Of a DNA stretch of 32,664 bases, positions 10,612-22,614 are shown one piece after another. The notes below the pieces were generated by a model. The model did no database searches and was not told where the DNA came from. It saw only the letters and a program-made list of their open reading frames with translations. The translations under genes were made by a program, and so were the position numbers. The stretch covers positions 97,575 to 130,238 of the forward strand of contig NW_008246108.1 in assembly GCF_000281045.1 (NCBI RefSeq). Direction: 5' to 3'. This DNA is from Saprolegnia diclina VS20. Lineage: Eukaryota. Position 1 is the first letter of the stretch. The number at the start of each line of letters is the position of its first letter.

Positions 10612-13377
10612 TTACTGGAACCCGAGCAAGTGGGTTATTCGTCGCAGAATGGTTCGCTTTGGGTGGTGTCGCGGCGGCTGTGGCTTGCGCTTGGGCTCTG
10701 GCAACGCCCCAGACGTCGGGCCCGGTGCTAGTTCCAAGGATCGAGGGTTTTCAGTATTTGTCATGACGAGCGTACCTGGCTTTGGTGACGGCTTCTCCAT
10801 CACTTTGACAGGTTCTTTGGACGTCGACAGAAGCTACATAAATAGTCGAATGTCGTCCACACCTTCGACGCAGCGACGTACGTGGCTGCAGGGGACGTTG
10901 CGCTGAAGGTGCCCCGACTCGAACATGACGTTGACGCTAAGGTCTTCAAGGATCTTGACGAGGATGCCCCGGTAGTACATGGACGCGCCCCAGTAGCGCG
11001 CGAGGACCACGTCGCCAACGTGAAACTGGCTGTTCCAATGTTGCACTTGCGCAGGCACGCAGAGCATTTGATGAAGCAGCGGATCTCCTTTGCAGGCCAC
11101 AGACGTGTCGAGGGCGCCCTCCCACCTAGTTTTCCTCTAGTCGTCTAGTCGATACCATTAGTCTTGGACGGTACCCGTGCGAGTAGTTCCACGTTGGCGC
11201 CAATCGGTTGCCACGACTGTCGCAGATGACTAGACCTCCAAATGAGTTACTAGACGACCCTTTTTCCGTGCATATAAGCACCTTTGGTGTAGAGCACGTC
11301 GACAATTTTGGTCAGCGGAATCTCGGCGTAGATCTCGCCATAATCAAAAACCACCGTGACTCCAGCCTTGGTTCGCTCGAGGACCGTGCCGACGCAGTAC
11401 TGCAGCCATCGCGGACAAAAGGCCAAGACCAAATCGTGCGCCTCAAAGTCCGTCTTGATGCGCGTCTGGCTGCCGCGCCGGGCCTACACCACGTGTGTCC
11501 GTCCAGAATGAGACCATCTTGGTGGGTACCGAGAGCAGAGGCGGCAGCGACAACCAGCCGCTCTCGTGCGTCGAGGCGTGTACCGACGAGGAGTTGGAGA
11601 GATTGAACGCCTTGGCGATGCTCGACGTTGTTATATACGCTTCCGTCGGGTCGTCGGTCACTACACGCTATTTCGCGCAAAGCGTATTCCGGGATGGAAT
11701 CGAACCCGTGTCGAGCTCATCACAGTGCACGCAGCCGTCCGTGAAGCCCGTCTCGAGCTCGACGGCGACTGTCGCGTTGGAGTTGATGGCCACGATAAGC
11801 CCTAACGTCTTGGTTGCCCGCAGTTGCACCTAATGGCGAGCCGGATGAATGTTGAATGCGCTGCGGGTTACGGACCCGTGCGTGCAGCGTGAACGACGCC
11901 CCCGGATCGTCTGTTTGCGTCCGAGACGTCACAAACGGCCACCTAGGCAACGCATAAGACACTAGTTCATGTCATCGTAATGTCATTGTTGCTACTGGTA
12001 TGGCGTCACCACCGGATTCTCCACCTAGTCACAACCGTTGACATTCTATGCGAAGCGTGACCGCAGTACCATGGCCGTCAGCTGCGTACAATGCTCTTGC
12101 AGTTGCGTGTCGATACTGATGATTTCAACAAGGCGGCTGGGTACTTGGTGGTGCAAGTGGTGCTGGCCGTCTAGTACCGGTACGCTTCGCCTCAAAATAC
12201 CGTGCATCGACGGGTAGTACCGAGCACATCGAGGAGAGTACCACCGGCGTACACGACTTGAATGCAGCCAAAGTACGCTGGTGGACCCCGGACGAGAACG
12301 TGGGCGCCGACGGCGATCTCGATCGGCGGCGTATCTCCTTCCCTACGCGATTGCATGGCCAGGTGCACTGAGGGAGCGAGCGATGTACAAGCGGCCGAGG
12401 ACATGGGCTTTTAGCTTCTCAACATGGGAAAGCAGGTCATTTGAAACAGGCGGGGCTACGCGAGATGTCACCGCCACATCGTAGCAAATGGACGGTACTC
12501 GAGGTGGCCGGCGGCTCGATCGCGACGATCGTGGTGCCACGGGTCGAGGACGTTGGCCGCGTCACCAGGTACGTGGTGATGCGAGGGAGCCACCACGTGG
12601 TGAATTCGACGCCGTCGTCGGCGTCAACTATGCAATATTCACAGTGCCACCGTGCTTGGAGCATCGACATGTGTACACGTCGGGTTCTCCTTGTCTTGTG
12701 GCAAAATGCATTCGACGAGATCGGTTTCGGCCACGTCGTCGACGACGTCGGCGTCATCGAGGACGACGGTGTACCGATCGGACGCGGGATGCCCGGCGAC
12801 CGTGCCTCGGCGGGTATCGCTAGCACACCCCACCGTCAATTGGTTGCTTTCAGTCTCCGGGTGTGGGAGGGTTATAACGTACTCGATAACGAACGCCACA
12901 TGAGTGCCCCGTGGAAACCGGTGGGTGGTCGTCGGCAGCGCGAGCAAGCCCGACATGAGCCGGCGCAGCCCCTTCTCTTCGTCCTACAGCAGTGAGACGA
13001 CTCAGCCACCGTTTCGAGCATCGACTGCTCGAGAGTACGGTCGCCGAGAGACTGCCCCGCGGCGACGGCTGGCGCGCGCCAAAGTAGATTTTGGGGAGCA
13101 CCGACGACGGCTTGCGTGTGTTGGCAAACGACTGGCGGGTCGACGACCGAAGACTCTCCTTCGACGACTGGTGACTGCTCTTGGACGAGCTGAGAGCCGG
13201 CACACTCTGGTGCCGGTGCGTCCCGTCTTTTGGCACGGTGTCCATGCTCCTGATGCTAAACTTGCTCGCCGTTGCACCTAAATTGGGCGTGGAGGGGACC
13301 ACTGGCGTTTCGAAGTCAGACGACGCCGTCCGAACCGTCGGCGGATGCAACGACAGACGCGCAAATTGACGGCCCAT
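10612..13377 (-). CDS. Multi-Tudor/Agenet-like domain protein, paralogue C (multi-exon)
   Basis: An S/R/P-rich N-terminus is followed by modules such as YTVVLDDADVVDDVAETDL, VGAHVLVRGPPAYFGCI, VTVVFDYGEIYAEIP and FHVGDVVLARYWGASMYYRGILVKILEDLSVNVMFESG (Tudor-type). The final exon ends RTILRRITHLLGFQ*. Some internal splice sites were not resolved. Confidence 0.75.
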
Positions 13378-13628
13378 CCGAAACTACCCTACTGACACCA
13401 CACCCAGTTTCCCAGCTTGCACCCTGGATCACTGCAGCAGCGCTGGCGACCAGATGAATCACAGGTGGACGACATACACCGTAGTTGTGTACAATATGAC
13501 AATGACACTCCCAAATTCAAAGCACTCGGTCCAACAAACGTTCAAGTCGACCAAAGCTGTCGACAACAACTGTTCGGTCGTGCGGACAACACCCACACTG
13601 GATACCATACTGGATTTTGGCCACAGCA

Positions 13629-16600
13629 TTATTTTTTACCAAGTCCCCACGGGCCTCTTAGAAAGGCGCACACGCGGCCAAAGAACGTCGGCGCCGGTCG
13701 GCGCGGGGGCGGTGACACCGGTGCGCCTTCACGGCGCGACGACGTGGTCGTAAACAGCGCGGCCATGAGTCGCCGGTCCATCAAATCTGACTCGTTTGGT
13801 GCTATGCCTGCAGGATGAATGCCGTTCGACGAGAAGAGTCATTCAACCTTTAGCGCTTGCGTTCGCGCCGGATGCGTAGGCGTGGGGCATCGACAGGCCG
13901 ACGGCAAACACCTACACACCGTAGTGGGATGAACACTATCAGGACACCATTTTACCTTGCGCAACGGCACGTTGGAAACGTCGAGCGTCGATGCGAACTG
14001 AATGTCAACGGTCGGGTCGTCGCCGTCGTTGTGGAGTGCTCGAACGACCCCGAGAAAATACTTGTGCGACTGGTGGAACGACGCGAGGACGGCGTCGCCC
14101 GCATGCACTTGACTCGTCGCTCGCTTTTTCGTAGCGCAGAGCATCTTGTGCAGCATGAGGTCGCCATGACACGCGTACGATGTTGTCATTTCTTCCATCG
14201 CGTCGAGACTACCGAGAGACATCAAATCCTCTGGATTCACCCGCTTTCTCGTCTTGGTCTTGTTCGTACCCGTTGACACTTCGCCACAAGTTGGTCAGTC
14301 GTTTCCGAGGTGAGAGTACTAGATGTTTATATCAGATCGTTGGGCGTTTGGCTCGGGCGATGTCGCTACCCGAGGTGTTTTCCAGGACGTGGACATCGTC
14401 GTGGGGGACACCCGTGTACGTCTCGCCGTAGTCAAATACAATCGTGTACGTTGCTGGCGTCGCACTGTGGACATCGGCGACTTGACCGGAGCAGACCCGG
14501 CGAAAGCGCGGGCTCATGGCGAGCACATGGTCGTGCAGTGCAAACGCTTGAGGCTTTGTCGGGATCGAGGTCATCGACGTCGACAGCACGAGACTCGTGT
14601 CGATCTGCCAACGTTTGACGTCGTCAGCACCAACTTTCGACAAGATGGCTGACGTACACGCGACGCGACAACGCTGTCGGCGAACTGCAGGTCGTACGAA
14701 TGGCTATGGATGCCGACGACGCGGCAGCGCTCCGGCAAGTTGCTCTGCGGGTGCTTGGCGATGACCCACTCGTCCAGCGCGCGGAACTCGGGTGCTTTGT
14801 CCAAGCCAAAGGCAGCGCTGAGACCATTGGCTTGAAACGCGCGGCTCGCATCGTGATGGTTGGCGTCTATCAAACATGGGTTTGAGCGAGCCAACGAGGA
14901 AGGACAGCGTGTACATTTCCGCAAGCACGAGGTCGGGACACCCGGTAGGACTTCGCCAGTGTCAAACTCGATGATGACGGTCTGCAAGGTGCTGATTTCG
15001 GCAATGATGCCGTGGACCGACGTGCCCGCTTCCAAATCTTGGATGGTCACCTACGAGCGATGACGTGGACGCGTCGATGGACGTCGTTAGACCTGCTCGT
15101 GAATGGTAAACTCGAGCGCACCGACGACGACCTTGAGCAGCCGCTCCAGGGGCGTGTTAGGGGTATTGTCTTGATCCCTACGATCGATCTAGCAATCAAA
15201 AACTGTGCGGGATTCACGGTGGCAAACGTTGTCACAGCAATGAGCTGATGAATATGCACGTGGTCGACGGTGGTTTTGGTCTTCTCGAGCAGGAGTTGAC
15301 ACTCGGTCGGCGAGAGCCGCCGAATGATCACACCAGCTTGTAAATGCTGCCCGTCCTCTCCCTGCATCTACAGCCCACCAAATGACGAGGCTTTCAAAGA
15401 ACATGATCGTAAGTACAAAGAGAACGCGGGCGCCGGGATAGAAACAGTCGACTTGCTTGCTGAGCTCTTGGTGCTGGGCCACGAGCTCCCTCGCGACGTG
15501 CACGACCTTGATCTCGTGGAGTCCGACAGTGGTCCGGACGTCGGACGTTGGTGTCACCAGACCTGTTACCGTCGTGACGAGAACGACGCAGCGCCAAGGG
15601 GCCTACTGCTGATTTCACAAGTGTTGGCTTCCGCGTGGATGCTCTCAAGCTTCCCAAAAAAGCACGGCGACGACGTGACCATGACAACGGCGCCTTTAGC
15701 CAGCGTCTGGCGCTTCCTACGGCGCATTCAACGACGCGATCAAGGAATGTTGGGATACATTAAGAGGGAGGGAGCCAGCGACCGGAGGCGCGCCTTGACC
15801 TCTTCGAGCCGGTTGTGCACGAGGCGAAGCCGCTCTTCCTGCTTCTTGGCCATGTCCAGCACGAGGATCTCAGCCATGGGCATCTCGAGGCTTGACGAGT
15901 CTAGTCCCGTGACTCCAGTCAGACGCTTCTCGGTGGGTATAATTGATGTACAGTCGCCGGACGGGTAGAGCTGGGACGACGTGCAACTGACTTGGGACGA
16001 CAGCTCGCGTGGTCGGGTGGCGTTCAAGAACGGTTGCAGTTGACTGAGAAGCTCCAACGTCGGGCCATTCGCGACCGCTGCTACAAACACCACTTCGCTC
16101 TCGGTCGATTCTATGTTTCGAGTGAAGACAAATGCGCGCCCGACACAAATACCGTCGGCGGGAGCGTCGATCGGTGCTACACCCCCGTCCGCCGCGTCGT
16201 CGCCCATCATCTCGCCGGGACGTCGATCGGTGTCGATGTCGGTCTCGTAAATCTCATCGACGATCGTTGCATCGTCAAAGACAACCATGTACACCCGAGG
16301 CGCGACGATCTTTTGAATGTGCCCCGGCGAAAACCTACACGCATCGACGATTGCGTCATCGCGCGGATCATTTGTGGAATGTACTCGGAGGCGGTGGTGA
16401 CTTTGGCGTAGACGCGGTCGCCGGGCTGCCACCGCGATGTCGGGTCGCGGACCCGGAGCCCGTCATAGATATCTTTTCGCGTCAGCCCGCGCCGCTCGGT
16501 CTCGTTGAGCCGCGACGGCCTGCGCCGCATTTCGTGGCCGTTTGGATTCGGTGGCTTGGACACCTCGGGCAGGCGCAGCGGCGCCACGGTCGCCGAGTGT

Positions 16601-16749
16601 CCCCAGTTGCCGTCGCCGTCGATGCGCCGCGAATCGGTTTTGCTCTTGGCAGGGCTCCGTTGCGGGCTCCGCGACGGTGTCCGGTGGGTCGCCGCGCGCG
16701 GGAGCCGTCGCCGCTCCAGCCCAATTGGCGCCACAGTTGCCCCAGGCAT
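13629..16749 (-). CDS. Multi-Tudor/Agenet-like domain protein, paralogue B (multi-exon)
   Basis: Modules include WQPGDRVYAK...FSPGHIQKIVAPRVYMVVFDD, CFYPGARVLFV, VIIEFDTGEVLPGVP, WVIAKHPQSNLPERCRVV, YTIVFDYGETYTGVP and VHAGDAVLASFHQSHKYFLGVV. The terminal exon (TFFGRVCAFLRGPWGLGKK*) is not in the ORF track; its stop is at 13629-13631. Confidence 0.75.
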
Positions 16750-17020
16750 GTTTTCCCAGTGCTTTTAATAGCGCGCCAAAACGACACAGTGAGTGTCGAC
16801 CTGCTGGTGCGTCGCTTGTAGTTGGAAACCGTCCGAACTACGCAGCATGACTCCTATCTACAAGCCTCCATATATAGTCCGTCGTCGTCAAAGGGCGCAA
16901 CGAAGGCCAACCGGTAAGTACATACGAGATACCGTCCATGCAAGCGCTCCTGCGTCGATCCTCGTTAAACGGTCATCGAGAGAGGGAACTCCGTTAAAAA
17001 GGAATAAATAAGGGCGTGGT

Positions 17021-20000
17021 CTATTCTTTGGGCTTATACACGAAGCGCTTGAGCTTGTGGAATAAGGCGCGAAAGAAATAACGGGGTTGCGCCGAGATAC
17101 GACCTGTCGGGTGGTGGCGGTGCACGGACGAGTCGGACGCCATCATCGGCCCCGATAGGATCTTGGAGAGAGAGAAGCGGCGTGGCAAGACGGCGATTTG
17201 CTGCATGCTCGACGCGTGGAGGCGACTGGCCATCGATATCGACTCGGCCATCGGTGGTACATTGTCCTTCTCGCCCGACTCGGGTAGGATCACCGTCATC
17301 TTGGCCTCCTCTTCGGGCGCTGTCATCGAAAATGCCACCGGTTTTTCGTATTTCGGGTCAACGACAAAGATCTACGATCGGAATAGGAGAACATTGCCGA
17401 TAGCTTAAGCGGGTTGTACGTGGTCGTACGGCACGGCGTCTTCGACTTCTGATGACGCATACAAGACGCCAACCGTGGTGTCGTCGATGCGCAGTACGAC
17501 CGCTAAAAAGTACTTGAACGTGCCGCGGTACCGGGCCATAACGAGGTCGCCGACATTGCACGGCGGCTTGATGGTTGTGAGGTTTGGGACACACACGGCA
17601 TCGTGGATGCTCGCGCTGTTTTTGCACGGATATAAAATGTCCGTCATGTACCTACACATGTCATTGTCATGACGTCAGAACGTCCCAGTGTCATCCTACC
17701 CGTTGACGCTGTTCCAGTTGTGCGTAATACGCTTGGTTGGCGTCAACACTAATACCAAACGATGCGATCGACTGCGACGATATTGGCCGTGACGCGAAGC
17801 GTACCGTTGGTGTTGGTAATGTGTGTGATGACTTCAAAGGGTACCTTGTCAATGACCTCGCCATAGTCGAACGCCGCCATGTACGTCACGGGCGTCGCCG
17901 TCGCGTGGACGGCTTGGATCTGCGCCGTGCAGTAGCGCTGGAACCGGTGGCTGAAGACGAGCACGTATTGGTTGGCCTTGAAATGACCGACGTACGACCG
18001 CGGTGCGACCGGTGGTGGAATCGTCGCGACCGTCAAGCAACTCTGGTTGAGTCGGCTCCGAGGCATCTAGTTGCCACGTGGTGATCTCGATAGTCCGACT
18101 GCAATAGATACGTGGAGGACGATGACGCCATCTAAGAAACAAATGTCGCACGAGCTGGCGTGGACGCAGGTGATTTTGGCCTTTGCGATGGCTTTGGACA
18201 TCGGGTGCAGCGCCATGACGATATCGTCGTTGATGTAGCCGACGGGGCCGCAGTTGGGCGGTCGTATTCGGCCTCGATCCTTCCGCGTGTCGTCTATTGT
18301 ACCCTGAGGACGCGTCGGTAGGTTGAAAGATTGATACATTTCTCGAGCAGCTGGACCGAGACACTGCCGTCCATGTCGCCGTTTTCGTAGTCGATGACCA
18401 CTGTGCGGTTGCTGTTGATGCCCGAGATGACACCGGCCATGTAAATCTTGGACGCATTGTCCATATCGAGCACATATACCTACCAACGCCGACGTCCAGC
18501 GATACCGCACACGATCGCGTACGAATTCATGAATGCGGAAGATGAAGGCGCCGTGCTTGATCTGCAGCGTCTTCCTTTGCAGCTGCGGCAACGGCACCGA
18601 GAGACTACACCATAAGTCGACACAAGCGCCTCCAAGCCCGAGTACCCTTGGATCGGAATCAACTGCTGCGCGCGGACGCGCGCCATGTTTTCGCTGGTGC
18701 GGTCAATCTTGATGTCGTATTCGTACTCGGTCGAGCGTCGCCGGATCGTCGCATGCGTGAGCTGCCCCCGGCGCGCCATCTGCGCATCGCTCTAAGCTAG
18801 CCAGTGCAGTGGAAGCGTCGTACCACGAGCATGCGCGCGCCGGGATAAAAGAGGTCGGCGAGGCGACTGAGCGCTTCGTGCTGCCGCTTCAAGTCCGCAG
18901 CTGGCGTGAGCACTTGAATGGCGTCGAGAGGCACCTGCTGCCGTCCGTTGATATCGTCCAAACCTAGACCCATATGTTTGAAAATGTTATTTTCGCTCAA
19001 GACACGACTGATGACGTCGGCGAGGCCGTTGGGCAGCAAGGTAGCCACCTTGCCAAAGTAGCACGGCTCACCAAAGACCAAGACGGGTGTCCCGGAGAGG
19101 GAGGCATTGGACTGCCGCCTACAAAGACGGGTGAGGGGTAGTGTACCACCACGCCAGTGTACTCGACGTTGACGGCGTTGAGTTTGGTCTTGAGGCGGTG
19201 GAGTTGGGCGTAGAGGACCTTGAGCTGGTGGGCGCGCATGGCGGGCACGGAAATGTCCAAAATGAACACATCTTGGATCGTCACGTCCGTCGTGTCGGCG
19301 TCTGTTATCACGCAGTATGCTGTCATTCCGTGAAATATAGATTCTTAAATTACCGTCGGCCGGGTTGGACATGTGGGACGGTGTCGTCACGAGCGTTGAC
19401 ATGACGGCAACATCCGACGCAAGGATCGTGCTTTTGTCGACCATTGGTGGCGCGAGTCGCTGAATTTGAGCTTTTAGCCCCTCAAGGAGCGTCGCGTTGA
19501 GGTCCAGGACCGTTGACGACGCCAAGCGGGTGTCGTCGCCAACGGAGCTCGATTCGCTGCATGCGGGAAGGCCTGGAAACCGCTGAGCGCTCCGATAGTC
19601 CTCCTCCATCGCTACACCATCGATGCGTCCAATGTCACATCACCGCTACCGAATAGCATACCTTCGAGCGTCAGGCTGAAATCGCTCGACGTGGCCCCCG
19701 TCAGCTCGTGGTCGCGCACGACTTCATAGTCCCTGATGTTGCTGTCGGGCACTTTGTGGTCCATGCTCGCGTCGTCAAAGACAATCATGTAGAACCCAGG
19801 TCCGACCGCCTTCTGCACCGTGCCTGGTGCAAAGTCTCGCTTTCCTGCCGCCTTAGCGAGCACTTGTTGGCCGGGCGCCCATTCGACGCCCTTGACACTT
19901 GGGGTGTTTGGATTGGTCTTTGGCGCCTTGGGCGTCGGTTCAAACTTGCGCACGCTCTTGGGCAGCGCCTAGTAGCCGTTAGCATTGTGTGTTCAACTGC

Positions 20001-20639
20001 CATTCAATGACGCACAATGACGCGCTTGGGCTTGGCGGGCACTGGCGTCACTGCGTCGCTGGGCTTGACCGATGCAACGCGCGGGCTCGGGGGTACGGTG
20101 CTGCTGTTGGGCGCCGACTCGACCGGCGCCACGATTGGTGCCAACAACGTTGACGGTACGGCCGTCATGGCCATCAAATCGTTGATCACCGCCACTTGGG
20201 CTTGGCTGAGTGCGTCTTCGATCGACTCGGCGTCGGTCACGAGCCGGGACTTGGACACGCGCGCACAGCTCATGGGCATGTTGTGAGGCAACGAGTGCAC
20301 CGACTCTGGCTTGTCGCTCAAGGTCTCGGACGCGAGAGCCGCGTCCGACGGCTTGCTCAAAAGAACCATCGACCGGCGGGGGCGCAGACGCGGCGTTCGT
20401 GGTGACGAAAACGTGTCGCCGCCCCGCGCCGACAAAATCCGCACGCCCGACCGACTGGAGACACAGTCGCGCAATTTGGGCGGCAATTTGACATTGTCAT
20501 CCGGCAGTACTTGCGGCAACGACCGCCGGAACCGGGGGCCCAATAAATCTAACTGCGGTGGCGTTACCACCGGTGTGTTGTCGCTTTGGCGCCGGGACCC
20601 ACGGGTGGCGTCCGAGGGTGTCACTTGTTTGATCGGCAT
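17021..20639 (-). CDS. Multi-Tudor/Agenet-like domain protein, paralogue A (multi-exon)
   Basis: A low-complexity N-terminus precedes WAPGQQVLAK...FAPGTVQKAVGPGFYMIVFDD, VLVFGEPCYFGKV, LFYPGARMLVV, VVIDYENGDMD, IVMALHPMSK, YMAAFDYGEVIDKVP and CNVGDLVMARYRGTFKYFLAVV. The first in-frame ATG is at 20639 (the ORF-track start at 20771 is a GTG). The protein ends FFRALFHKLKRFVYKPKE*. Confidence 0.75.
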
Positions 20640-20782
20640 GTCGTGGCCATGCGCTTTCGCGTTGAGCTCGGTGTTGCCTGTTGGCGGCAACTTTATTTTT
20701 GTCGCTTTCAGTTCAAACGAAAACCGACAGGCCGTGAATTCTGCACCGACGCGCCATTTTGAGTTATCCACATGTTTGGTCG

Positions 20783-22234
20783 TTAGCCGTCGAGTACTTT
20801 GGTACCGTCGTCATTCTGTAGTCTACTGTGCTGCGTCGCCAGTAGGCGGAGCAAGGCCGCGACAGCGCCTACCTGGCCGTGCATACGAGCCACGTGCAGC
20901 GCCGACCCGCCCCATAAAAACTGATACGCGCCAGTGAAACCACAGCAAGCATATGGAGCGAGCGAGGTGCGTACCGAGGTGTCCTTGCGTGGATCGACGA
21001 GCGATGCCGTCGCATGCTCTCGCACCATGTGCTCGATCAACTCGACATGGCCGTGCCGGGCTGCCACGTGCAACCACGTCCAGCCGCCCTGGTTTCAAAT
21101 TTTCTTCACCAAATTTTGAAGCGGCGACCGACCTGCGGCACAAGCGCGTCGAACGAGCTGCCGACCGCAACGAGCACGTCCACCATGTGCATGTGGTTGC
21201 ACGCTACAGCTTCCAGTAGAGGCGTATACCCCCGCTGCGGCGCAACGTCATCCTCGTGTCATGGCGGTCGGGACGTACGTGGTTGACGGCAGCTAGCGCA
21301 CCGGGCATACGCGCCTCGAGGCGTGGCCAGAGCGACTGCAGCAGCTCTGGGCGGTTGTGCTCGGCCAGAACGTGCACGATCGTGTTGCCAGCCTAATGTC
21401 TCGCTCCATCGTCGTCCTCTTTGTTTCGGTACTACGTGGTCGATGTGCTCCAAAGAAGCGCCGGCGTCGATTAGACGCTGAACGACGGCTTCGTGACCGC
21501 TCGCGGCGGCGGCCAAGCAAGGCGTCCAACCATGTTCCTACCCAACACACGATAACACAGCGTCTGCGTGGAGGACTACCTCGATCGCATCGGCATCGAC
21601 TCCATGCTCGAGCAGCAATGCGACGACGGGCTCGTGGCCGTTGGCGGCGGCCGAGAAGAGCGCCAGCGGTCCTTCCTATAAAGAACATACAATATGCAAT
21701 CACACTATCGAGCAGGCAGAAGGTCCGACCTGAGCAACGTCCACGGCGTCGGCGCCGAGCCAAAAGGCCGTGGCATGGAGGTGGCCGTGAAAGGCAGCCA
21801 ACTGCAGAAGACGAGCGTCCGATGGCACAGCGCGCGCCGCCGATGCGAGTAGTTGTAAGAGCGCCACGTCACCGAATCGAGTTGCGACATGCAAGGCCGT
21901 GAGCTCGTCCGACTAGACACGTGGTGTCCATGCTGGTTGAGAAGTTATGCATACCGATCGGGCCGCGCTGGCGTCGGCGCCTGCGGCCAAGAGCACATCG
22001 ACGACGTCAACGTGTCGGCAGTACGCAGCAATGAGCAAGGCCGTCGATCCCTCCTACGCCACGGATTGAGCCCGAATACGAACTGATAGGGTCCTGTACG
22101 GTGTCGGTAGCGTCGACGCTCGCCCCGGCGCGCAGGAGTGCACGACACGTCTCTATGTCACCGCTACTGGCGGCTGCCATGAGCGGCGTGGTGCCGACGG
22201 TATCCACGGCAGCGTCAACGGCATTCAAGCCCAT
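20783..22234 (-). CDS. Ankyrin-repeat protein (about 9-10 repeats); 5' end may extend upstream of 22234
   Basis: Repeats include GTTPLMAAASSGDIETCRALLRAGASVD, GSTALLIAA, LTALHVATRFGD, ALFSAAANGHEPVVALLLEHG, GWTPCLAAAASGHEAVVQRLIDAGA, GYTPLLEAV, GWTWLHVAARHGHVELI and GSALHVARMHGQ. They are joined by 8 phase-0 GT-AG introns. ATG 22234 is directly preceded by TAG, a possible splice acceptor. Confidence 0.88.
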
Positions 22235-22614
22235 CTACACCGACACCATGGGCTGGGACATGCGACGGGCATGTTGTCGAGGTGTACAGGCGGTGATTCG
22301 CATGCGGTGTACGGGTGACTGCGAGTCGTAGCGCCCCACCAAAGCCGAGGCCGAGGCAGTGCCGGTTGCGTCGAGCTTACCACCTGCTTCGTCGTTGATC
22401 CATGAGCTCGGTGCCCAGTTAAGACTAAGGCAAGAGGGATGGCGATGGTCGCCCAACGACCGCATCGAAGCGAGCACATATTGCACCGCAGGTCGAGCTC
22501 TACGTTGAAACGGCGGTATCCTGGGAGAGGACGCAATGACCAACAGCGGTGACGTATCGATAAACGGTATATCTGTTTGCACACAATGTCCTTCAAAAGT
22601 ACGAATAGCCAATG

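Noticed and set aside
10612..20639. Reading the fragmented minus-strand ORFs as a pseudogene or decayed transposon
   Set aside because: The breaks I examined coincide with canonical short GT-AG introns that restore the frame, and no transposase, integrase or reverse transcriptase motifs are present.
20640..20773. ORF-track N-terminal extension of Tudor-like paralogue A
   Set aside because: It begins at GTG, which is not a normal eukaryotic start; the nearby ATGs (20773, 20757) are out of frame and terminate quickly.
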